From Gaiellaceae bacterium (GTDB lineage: Bacteria; Actinomycetota; Thermoleophilia; Gaiellales; Gaiellaceae): a stretch of DNA of 64,000 nt. The stretch spans positions 8,131 to 72,130 of the forward strand of contig JBOHAM010000029.1 in the NCBI GenBank assembly GCA_050697735.1. The letters are read 5' to 3'. Shown here one piece after another: positions 1 through 7,572 of the stretch (its first letter is position 1; each line of letters starts with the position of its first letter). The position numbers were made by a program, and so were the translations under genes. Under the pieces are notes generated by a model that saw nothing but the letters and a program-made list of their open reading frames with translations, was not told the origin of the DNA and did no database searches.

Positions 1-111
1 ACGCAGGTACTCCCGGGTGTCGCCGGGAAGCACGTTCGCCCGCCCGACGATCGCGGCCAGGTCGCGCTCGAGCGCCGCACGGCCGACTCCGGAACGCGAC
101 ACCATCAGCAT
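1..111 (-). CDS. 5' end of a gene running out of the window (possibly an FAD-linked oxidase N-terminus)
   Basis: Not in the ORF track because it is partial. The minus strand reads ATG(111) MLMVSRSGVGRAALERDLAAIVGRANVLPGDTREYLR and stays open to base 1. The L..IVG...V..D...Y pattern resembles GlcD/FAD_binding_4 N-termini, but the fragment is too short to be sure. Confidence 0.3.
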   Translation of the reverse strand, partial: MLMVSRSGVGRAALERDLAAIVGRANVLPGDTREYLR

Positions 112-172
112 CCAGCTTAGGCGCCCACCGACCCCGAAGTGATGTGAAATGCGCGCGCCGCTGAGGCCGGGA

Positions 173-207
173 CGAGACGACCCCGGACGGTGACCGGGGT
201 CGTCTCG
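173..207 (-). terminator. GC-rich hairpin downstream of the carboxypeptidase gene
   Basis: Perfect 14-bp stem cgagacgaccccgg / ccggggtcgtctcg with a 7-nt loop. It lies 22 nt past the stop at 229. There is no U-tract. Confidence 0.65.
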
Positions 208-228
208 CCTTCCTGCTGGAAGCCGTCG

Positions 229-1968
229 CTAGTCGGATACGTAGTCGTCAGAGCCCGCGGACCAGATCGCGGCCTGGAACGGAATCGGGACCACCTGATC
301 GCAGCGCCCCTTCGAGCCGTCCTGCAAGCGCGTGCCTCCGACCATCGGCTCGGCCGCCTGCTGGTCGAGCAGTGTCGGGACGAGCCCGCGGAGCGGCTGG
401 GCCATACGGACGAAGTAGCCGGGGCCGAGCTCGCGCACGAGGTAGCCGGGCGCGGGCTGGACGAACATCCCGTGCAGGCCAAGCCGAAGCTCCACGGTGC
501 CCTCAGGCTGCTCGCCCGTGTACTGCTCCTCGGTGAGGAAGTAGCCGCACGGCGGATCCTCGAGGATCGCGTCCGGCTCCGGAGCGTCCACGTCGGGCGC
601 GCTCGGCAACGGCGGGAACAGCGGCCACGGGTACGAGCCGCGGAAAACGACCCGGCCGATGTTACGCCGCTGGAACTTGAGCGAGTCCGTGACCACGCGC
701 CGGACAGTGGCGTGGTTCTCGTAGTAGTACTCGAGCACCTGCTTGGCGAGCCACAGCTGGCCGTACGTCCTGCGGTTCTGGTTGCCCGCGGGGGTCGCGC
801 CCGGCCGGGTGCTTCCCGCGCTGGCGCGGTTCTCGGACAGGAGCCCGACGATGTTCTTGAGGCCGAAGGTGTTACGCAGGATGGTCTCCTGGCTGGCACC
901 GCCGTTCGAGTACGGCCCCGCGTACCAGCCGGCGAGCGCGGCGTTGTCGTAGATCCAGCTCTCGATCAGCCCGGTCTTGGCCTCGAGGTGAAGCCCCTCG
1001 TAGACGTTCAGGTGCCGCGGGCCGAGGACCGGGAGGTCCTCGCTGTCCCCGTTGTGACCGTCGACCGCGACGTCCGGGGTGTAGTCGCGGAGCATCGCCG
1101 AGAAGGCCTTCGTCTCCGGCTCACGGAGCAGCGAGTGGTCGCGGTTGAGGTCCTGACCCGTGGAGCTGCCGCGCGTGTTGGCGGCGCGGCCGTCTCCGTT
1201 GAGGGTCGGGATGATCAGCACGGTCGACCGCTCCATGATCCGGAGGAGCGTGCGGTCGTCGGTGAAGGCGAGCTCGCGCGCGAGGATCAGGCACGACTCT
1301 CGCATCGACGGCTCGTTGCCGTGCACGTTGCACTGAATCAGCGTCGTCGGCGACTCGGAGATCTGCTTCGCGCTGGCGAGCGGCTCGGGATGGCCGAAGA
1401 CGAACATGTTGATCGGCCTGCCCAAGAGCGTGCGGCCGATCTCGACGACGCGCACGCGCTCGCTGGCCGCGTCGAGCGCGGCCGTGTAGAGGTACTCGTT
1501 GACGTCGCTCGTGAACGACTCTCCGTTGGTCTGCTCGAACTGCGTTCGCAGCGAGGCGCCCGGCCCGGTGCCCCACTGCGGGCTCGTCGTCCCGCAGACC
1601 GGCTCGGAGAACGGCTGCTCTTCCGCCCCGAACCGGGCTCGGACGCGCCAGCAGAAGCGTTCGCCGAGCACGAAGCCGGACTCGGCGAACGTCGGGGCGT
1701 CAGGCGTGACGGTGCGCGTCGGCTGCCAGAGGCCGACGATCGTGGCCGGGCCCGTGGGCTGGTCGGCGGCGTCCACGGGTGTGCGCTCGACCTGGTAGTC
1801 GGTCGCCCCCTCCACGGGGTTCCAGCTCAGTGTCGCGAAGCCGTCCTCCTGGACGGCGGCCAGGCCCGTCACCTGGTTCGGTGCCTGGGCCAGCGCACCG
1901 CCGGTGTGTACCAGCGACACGGAAGCAGCGATCACCGCGAACGTGATCCATCGAAGTCTTCTACGCAT
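229..1968 (-). CDS. Secreted M14-family zinc carboxypeptidase with an N-terminal FN3-like domain
   Basis: Signal peptide MRRRLRWITFAVIAASVSLVHTGGALA. FN3-like segment LSWNPVEGATDYQVER. Zinc motif CNVHGNEPSMRE (HxxE). RBS AAGGAGGGGGAG upstream of the ATG. Confidence 0.85.
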   Translation of the reverse strand: MRRRLRWITFAVIAASVSLVHTGGALAQAPNQVTGLAAVQEDGFATLSWNPVEGATDYQVERTPVDAADQPTGPATIVGLWQPTRTVTPDAPTFAESGFVLGERFCWRVRARFGAEEQPFSEPVCGTTSPQWGTGPGASLRTQFEQTNGESFTSDVNEYLYTAALDAASERVRVVEIGRTLLGRPINMFVFGHPEPLASAKQISESPTTLIQCNVHGNEPSMRESCLILARELAFTDDRTLLRIMERSTVLIIPTLNGDGRAANTRGSSTGQDLNRDHSLLREPETKAFSAMLRDYTPDVAVDGHNGDSEDLPVLGPRHLNVYEGLHLEAKTGLIESWIYDNAALAGWYAGPYSNGGASQETILRNTFGLKNIVGLLSENRASAGSTRPGATPAGNQNRRTYGQLWLAKQVLEYYYENHATVRRVVTDSLKFQRRNIGRVVFRGSYPWPLFPPLPSAPDVDAPEPDAILEDPPCGYFLTEEQYTGEQPEGTVELRLGLHGMFVQPAPGYLVRELGPGYFVRMAQPLRGLVPTLLDQQAAEPMVGGTRLQDGSKGRCDQVVPIPFQAAIWSAGSDDYVSD

Positions 1969-2204
1969 CGTTTCTCCCCCTCCTTGAAAGACGGTCTGCC
2001 TACCTGCCGTTCAGGCCTCTCCGACCACCCCCTCCACAGCGCCGTCTGCGGATGGAAGCAGCCCAAGGCCGAGCAATGCTCCCGGGCGATCCCACGAGAA
2101 TCAGGCCGACGGCAAGACCCGTCTCATCCACCCCCTAGTAGTGCCGGGCACCGTATATGGAGACGTCCTCCTGGCGCTACGCGCCTCCTGGATCCCGTGA
2201 GTCG

Positions 2205-2780
2205 CTAGAGAACGATCCCGGCCGGAGCCTCGCGCCCGGTCACGGCGTCGAAGTCGACCGAGCGCTCGACCGTCCTGAGCCACTCGTAGGCGAGGCCCTT
2301 CAGGCCCACGAGCTCGACGCCCGCACCCGCCATGCGTGCGAGTCCCTGACGGTGTGCGGTGCCCGGCGAGGCGACCGCGTCCTCGACGACGACCACGCGC
2401 TTGCCCAGGTCGAGCAGCCCGAAGGCCGACTGGGCCACGCAGACGTCGGTCTCGAGCCCACAGAGCACGACGGTCTCGCGGTCGTGCCCAGTCAGGTCCT
2501 CGAGGATCGCGGGGCAGGCGGAGAGATCGAAGACGGGCTTCGTGTGCCTGGCAGTGCCCGGGGCGAGCGCGTCCGTGATCACCGACGCCGTTCCTCCGTT
2601 CCTCTCGGGCGCTTCCTCGGTGACGACCACCGGCGCGCGCAGCCAGCCCGCGAGCCCGCACAGCCACCCGATCCGATCCACCAGCTCGATCGCTTCCTCG
2701 CCTGCAAGCTTGCCCAGGAAGCCGTCCTGCACGTCGATCACACCGAGCACACAGTCGTCGACATCGAGCAGACGCCCCAC
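2205..2780 (-). CDS. Isochorismatase-family (cysteine) hydrolase
   Basis: 191 aa. Motifs VLGVIDVQDGF and the catalytic-Cys region VVLCGLETDVCVAQSA, both typical of the isochorismatase/nicotinamidase fold. Confidence 0.8.
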   Translation of the reverse strand: MGRLLDVDDCVLGVIDVQDGFLGKLAGEEAIELVDRIGWLCGLAGWLRAPVVVTEEAPERNGGTASVITDALAPGTARHTKPVFDLSACPAILEDLTGHDRETVVLCGLETDVCVAQSAFGLLDLGKRVVVVEDAVASPGTAHRQGLARMAGAGVELVGLKGLAYEWLRTVERSVDFDAVTGREAPAGIVL

Positions 2781-2804
2781 GCCTCGGATTCTCTCAGGCG
2801 CCCG

Positions 2805-3329
2805 CTAGTGGGTCAGGAGCAGCTTGAGTCCGACCAGGACGACACCGAGCCCCACGTTCGCGGCCACGACCAGGAGCGTTCCGAACCAGCCGAGCCGTTC
2901 GACGTGCGCGAAGGTGATTCCCTGGACGGCGAGCACGACCAGGCCGAGGCCGATCGCGAGCCAGACCGCGAGGTCGGTCGAAACGACATCGAACGCTCCG
3001 AGCAGCAGCGCCGCGATGGGCGGAAGGGCGGCCCCCACCATCGAGGCCTCACGGCGGGCGATGTACCGCAAGGCAGAGAGCGAGAGATGACGGTCGTGGG
3101 CGACGCTGTAGGCGAGCCCGTGCGCATACACGTGCGCAAGCCAGAGAACGAGGGATGAGACTCCCGCCAGCGCGGCGATGCGACCGGCATCGTCGGGGTA
3201 GGCCTTCGCCCCGGCAACGACGACTGCGAGGACGATGATCGTCCCGTAGATGAAGCCTGCGAGGCGCTCGCCGATCGCCTCGCGGGTGAGGCGGACGGCT
3301 CTGGGGGGACGAGACGGCTCCTTGGCCAC
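2805..3329 (-). CDS. Integral membrane protein, unknown function
   Basis: 174 aa with 4-5 hydrophobic helices and high G/C at third codon positions. I recognise no family. Confidence 0.55.
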   Translation of the reverse strand: MAKEPSRPPRAVRLTREAIGERLAGFIYGTIIVLAVVVAGAKAYPDDAGRIAALAGVSSLVLWLAHVYAHGLAYSVAHDRHLSLSALRYIARREASMVGAALPPIAALLLGAFDVVSTDLAVWLAIGLGLVVLAVQGITFAHVERLGWFGTLLVVAANVGLGVVLVGLKLLLTH

Positions 3330-3336
3330 GCGCGCA

Positions 3337-4608
3337 TCATGGCTCGCGTCGGAGACGGCCGGGCAAAAGGACGGTCGAGACCATCAGGCCGTACGCGATC
3401 GACATCGCCGTCACGAAGGTGTCGAAGCCGGCGGTGATCCCGCTCACCGTCTGGTCGCTGAGGAGCTGCAGGACGCTGTCGAAGCCTGCGCTGCCGGGCA
3501 CCAGCATGAGGACGCCCGGAACGACGAAGACGAGCGCCGACCGTCGCAACATCATGCCGACGAGGCCACCGGCGACGCCCACGACGACAGCTGCGACGAA
3601 GACTGCGGCCTGGTCTCCGAAGAGCTTCGCACCGATCTCGTTCGCGCCGACGGCGAGACAGGCCGCGGCGCCCATCACGAGGGCGTCTCGGGATCGAGCT
3701 CGGAGGGTGACGGTGAACGCGAGCGCGGCGAGGAGCGCTGCCGCGAGCTGGATCCCAAGCGAAGCCGGAGACGGAGCCGACGCGCTGGTGCCGCCGAACC
3801 AGTTCACGGCGATCGAGTGTCCGATGGCGACGCCGAAGGCGAGCCCGAAGAGTTGCACCAGCGCGCTCGCCGTGTTTGCGACGCCCGACTGGAGATGCTC
3901 CGTCGACAGCTCGCGCATCCCGATCGTGAGCGTCATGCCCGGAAGGAGCGTGACGAGCGCAGCTAGCGTGACGACGTCCGCCGAGGCATCGAGGCCTAGC
4001 CACGCGAGCAGGGCTGCGCTGAAGCTTGCCGCAACCGCCGCGATCGGGGCGACCATGGGCTCGGTCCGCGCGGTTCGCGTCGTGGAGAGGACGATCCCGC
4101 CGACGACCAGCCCGACGAGCGCCGCGGCGCCCGCCTCCCGCCAACGGCCGCCGAGCAGCGGCGTCAGCGCGACGCCGGCGACCGCATAGGCCGCGAGCAG
4201 AACCGGCCACGGCCGGTGCAGCGGCTCGCGCTCGATGTCTCCCAGCGCGGCGAGTGCCCCGTTCGCGTCGAGCCGTGCGTCGAGCGCGTCCTGGACCAGG
4301 TCGTCGAGCCGCGCGATCGCATCCAGGTCGACAGCGGCGGGTCGCACGCGAAGCGAGTAGCTGCGCTGCCGCGGCAGCGACCCCAGCGAGATCTCGACGA
4401 GCGTCGGAGTCACGGAGACCTCGGCGTCCGCAAGCCCGAACGAGGTCGCGAGCGCCTGCAGTCGCTCCTCGAGATCGGCTGTCGGGTAGCCGGCATCGTG
4501 TCCGGCTCGTGCGAAGCGGAGGAGCAGCTCGGTGGGAGTGTCCGGCGAGCGGTTCCCGACGCCCTCGGTTGCCGCGGGCGGCGGCCCCTCTGGCGGTCTG
4601 GTGCCCAC
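3337..4608 (-). CDS. ThrE-family threonine/serine exporter-like membrane protein
   Basis: 423 aa. N-terminal LLRFARAGHDAGYPTADLEERLQALATSFGL is typical of the ThrE/DUF1212 domain, followed by about 10 TM helices. Confidence 0.75.
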   Translation of the reverse strand: MGTRPPEGPPPAATEGVGNRSPDTPTELLLRFARAGHDAGYPTADLEERLQALATSFGLADAEVSVTPTLVEISLGSLPRQRSYSLRVRPAAVDLDAIARLDDLVQDALDARLDANGALAALGDIEREPLHRPWPVLLAAYAVAGVALTPLLGGRWREAGAAALVGLVVGGIVLSTTRTARTEPMVAPIAAVAASFSAALLAWLGLDASADVVTLAALVTLLPGMTLTIGMRELSTEHLQSGVANTASALVQLFGLAFGVAIGHSIAVNWFGGTSASAPSPASLGIQLAAALLAALAFTVTLRARSRDALVMGAAACLAVGANEIGAKLFGDQAAVFVAAVVVGVAGGLVGMMLRRSALVFVVPGVLMLVPGSAGFDSVLQLLSDQTVSGITAGFDTFVTAMSIAYGLMVSTVLLPGRLRREP

Positions 4609-4660
4609 GTGCTCGGTCGGCGCGGCGTTTCCTAGCCGGACGTGGCGCCCCGTCTCCCAG

Positions 4661-6250
4661 TCATCCGAGGGCCATCCCTTCGGCGTGGGCCGATGGCTCG
4701 GGATCCGGTTGCCGCATCATGCGGAAGGCGTTGGCGACGCCGAGGAGCGAGGCGAGGAACGTGAAGAGCAGCGCGACTTGAAGGGCGAGGTCACGAGCGT
4801 CGGTGTTGATGCTGAGGATCTCGTCCTGGACGGCCTCGGGCTGACCGGCGAGGAGCTCCTCGAGCTGCGCGTCACTCATCACCTGGGCGTCGTCTTCGAG
4901 CACCTCGGCGACGCGCTGCTGGTCGGCAGGGGGCAAGACGGTGCTCTCCTCCGCCATGTTCGTGAAGGCGATGGACAGCGCGGCGAGCATGATCGCTCCC
5001 GAGAAGGCGAGACCGAAGGACAAGCCGAACGACCCGGTCGCCGACGTGACGCCCGCGGCCTCGCCGACTCGCTCCTCCGAGATGGGGGACAGCGCGTAGT
5101 TGTTGAGCTGAGACGCCAGCAGACCGAGCCCCGATCCCGCGAGCATCAGGGGAATCACGAGATGCCAGCCGGAGTTCGCGGTCGGGACGAGCGGGATCAG
5201 GAGGATCATCGAAGCCACGAGCAACACGAACCCCGTGCGGACGATGCTGCTCGGCCGCCTCCGCCCCGCCCTCCTCCCTGCGAGAAGCGCCACTCCGAAC
5301 ATCGTGAGCGACAGCGGCGCGAGCGTCACTCCCGCTTCGAGCGCGTTGTATCCCCAGACGAGCTGCAGGAAGATCGGGAGCGCAATCAGCATTCCGCCCA
5401 GCGCGACCTGCTGGAGGAAGATCTGGGAGACGCCGAGGCTGTACGGCTTCGAGGAAAAGAGCGCTGGGTCGAGCAGCATCGACTTCCCCTGCCGTTTGCG
5501 ACGCCTGAGCCAGTAGACCAGCGCTGCCATCGCCGCCGCTCCGAGCGCGAGCAGCGCGGCGACGGACTCGCCACCCTCCTGCCAGACGAGAACACCGACG
5601 ACGAGCCCGCCCATGCCGACCACGGACAGCGAGGCGCCGACCAGGTCGACGGACCGGTCGCCCTTGTACGGCACGTCGCGGATGACCCTCCCCCCGACGA
5701 GGACGACCGAGATGATGAGCACCTCGAGCAGAAACCCCGCGCGCCACGAGACGACGGTGGTGAGGAAGCCCCCGACCAGCGGTCCGATCGCTGCGGCGAT
5801 CGCGGCCGACGCCCCGACCAGGGCAAAGACCTTCGCCCGCGCCTTCCCCTCGAAGTTGCCGTGGATCAGCGACTGCATCGCAGGCAGATAGAGCGACGCG
5901 CCAAGGCCGCCGAGGATGGCCCAGAACACGATGATCGCCGCCAGGCCTTGCGCGAACACCATCGCCAGCGCCCCGATGGCGTAGAGGACGAGGCCGACCA
6001 CGTAGGCGCGCTTGCGTCCGAAGAGATCGCCGACCTTGCTGCTGATCAGGATGAAGGCGGCGGACACCAACGCTTCGATCGCGACGGCCGCCTGGACACC
6101 GCTCACCGTCGTGTCGAGGTCGTCGACGACCGCAGAGATCGACACGTTCATGAACGACGTATCGATGACGAACACGAACATCGCCGCCGCCAGCAAGACC
6201 CCGAGCCGCCCAGTGCCGGCCGACTCACCGTTTCCGTGCGTGTTCGACAT
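4661..6250 (-). CDS. MFS transporter, DHA2 (EmrB/QacA-like, 14-TMS) type
   Basis: 529 aa with a highly hydrophobic repeat architecture. GDLFGRKRAYVVGL resembles MFS motif A. Confidence 0.85.
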   Translation of the reverse strand: MSNTHGNGESAGTGRLGVLLAAAMFVFVIDTSFMNVSISAVVDDLDTTVSGVQAAVAIEALVSAAFILISSKVGDLFGRKRAYVVGLVLYAIGALAMVFAQGLAAIIVFWAILGGLGASLYLPAMQSLIHGNFEGKARAKVFALVGASAAIAAAIGPLVGGFLTTVVSWRAGFLLEVLIISVVLVGGRVIRDVPYKGDRSVDLVGASLSVVGMGGLVVGVLVWQEGGESVAALLALGAAAMAALVYWLRRRKRQGKSMLLDPALFSSKPYSLGVSQIFLQQVALGGMLIALPIFLQLVWGYNALEAGVTLAPLSLTMFGVALLAGRRAGRRRPSSIVRTGFVLLVASMILLIPLVPTANSGWHLVIPLMLAGSGLGLLASQLNNYALSPISEERVGEAAGVTSATGSFGLSFGLAFSGAIMLAALSIAFTNMAEESTVLPPADQQRVAEVLEDDAQVMSDAQLEELLAGQPEAVQDEILSINTDARDLALQVALLFTFLASLLGVANAFRMMRQPDPEPSAHAEGMALG

Positions 6251-6274
6251 CGACCTAGCGCGGCGCCGTCCGCA

Positions 6275-7558
6275 TCACGCCACCTCGGGCGAGTCGACCG
6301 ATCCGTCCCGCAAGCGCTTCCAGACGACGTCCACGACGACCGCCAGCAGCGTCATCGCGACGATCGCCCCGAACGTCTCGGGATCGTTGCGGAGCGTGTC
6401 GACGGTGAAGAATCCGAGAACGGTTGCGGTCGCCGCCATGCCGAGCAGCACGACCGTGACGCTGGCGCCGGTCTCCGACCGCAGCCGGAAGCCGGCCCAC
6501 CCGACGAGCAGGAAGACGACGAGCGAGCAGGCACTTCCGACCGAGGCGATCGCAGAGAGGTCGACGAAGTTCGAGAGGAGGAGGGCGAGGAATCCGGTGA
6601 CGAGCAGGCCCCCGTGCTTGCCGAGGCGTGAGCGGGGGCCGAGGAGGGGCGGAAACTGCCCGATCTTGGCCAGCGAGGCCGTCAGGCCCGCGGCGCCGAA
6701 GAGCGTTCCGTTCGTCGCGCCCGCCGTCGCAATGAGCGCGGCGATCGCCATCAGCGTGAAGCCGGCGTCGCCCAGGGTCGGCCGCGCGGCCTCGGCGATC
6801 GCCGTCTCGCCGTATCCGATCGCCTCGTCCACGGTGAGCGTCCCGAAGACGCCGATCGCGATCAGCACATAGGTGACCGTCGTCAATCCGAGTGCGAGGG
6901 CCACCGCTCTCGGCAACTCCCGCTCGGGATCGCGGAGCTTGGCGACCGTGAACGTCATCACGCCGAAGCCGAGGAACGCGAAGAACGTCAAGGCGATGCT
7001 GGCGACGATCTTCGAGAACGACGGATAGCCACTGAAGGCAAGGAGGTCGAAGTCGACGTCCCTGATCGTCACGGCGATGAAGACGGCGAACACGCCGAGG
7101 AGGACGACGACCATCACTGCCGCGACCCGGGCGACGAACGTCGCCCCGGTCATGTTGATCAGGGTCATGGCCACGATCAGGAGCGACGCGAACACGTTGT
7201 CCCAGCCGCTCCACGCGTCGTCGCCGACGAACAGCGACACCGCGTAGCTCCCGAAGGAAACAGCGAGCATGGCGGCCACGACGACGAACGCGGCCGCGTA
7301 CCCGAGCCAGGAGGCGATCCCGAGCAGGCGTCCGTTCCCGAAGCCCTGCAGGAGGTACTCGATGAGCCCGCCCTCGGAGGGATAGCGGATCCCGAGCTTG
7401 ACCACGTTGTACCCGAGCAGCATCGTGACGAGGCCGGCGAGGAGGAACGAGAGCCAGACGGCGGAACCCGCGAAGACCGCCGCCTCGCCGAGGAGGGCGA
7501 AGATGCCGGCCCCGATCATGGAGCCGATACCGATGAACGCAGCCCCGCGGACGCTCAT
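6275..7558 (-). CDS. APC-superfamily amino acid permease
   Basis: The real gene starts at ATG 7558 (MSVRGAAFIGIGSMIGAGIFALLGEA...). The track ORF 6275..8635 is an Arg-rich read-through into the ATPase gene. 427 aa, about 12 TMS. Confidence 0.85.
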   Translation of the reverse strand: MSVRGAAFIGIGSMIGAGIFALLGEAAVFAGSAVWLSFLLAGLVTMLLGYNVVKLGIRYPSEGGLIEYLLQGFGNGRLLGIASWLGYAAAFVVVAAMLAVSFGSYAVSLFVGDDAWSGWDNVFASLLIVAMTLINMTGATFVARVAAVMVVVLLGVFAVFIAVTIRDVDFDLLAFSGYPSFSKIVASIALTFFAFLGFGVMTFTVAKLRDPERELPRAVALALGLTTVTYVLIAIGVFGTLTVDEAIGYGETAIAEAARPTLGDAGFTLMAIAALIATAGATNGTLFGAAGLTASLAKIGQFPPLLGPRSRLGKHGGLLVTGFLALLLSNFVDLSAIASVGSACSLVVFLLVGWAGFRLRSETGASVTVVLLGMAATATVLGFFTVDTLRNDPETFGAIVAMTLLAVVVDVVWKRLRDGSVDSPEVA

Positions 7559-7572
7559 GCCGGGCCCATCTG

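Noticed and set aside
190-2208. 672-aa ORF on the plus strand, antisense to the M14 carboxypeptidase gene
   Set aside because: Shadow ORF typical of very GC-rich DNA. The product is dominated by R/E/D/G/L/V/H with no recognisable motifs. The opposite strand encodes a protein with a signal peptide, an FN3 domain and the HxxE zinc motif.
2813-4210. 465-aa Arg-rich ORF in an alternative frame on the same strand as the ThrE-like and membrane genes, plus many similar 80-300-aa Arg/Pro/Gly-rich ORFs throughout the track
   Set aside because: The composition (runs of RRR, PRR, GRR) is what off-frame translation of GC-rich coding DNA gives. The competing frames encode coherent TM proteins.
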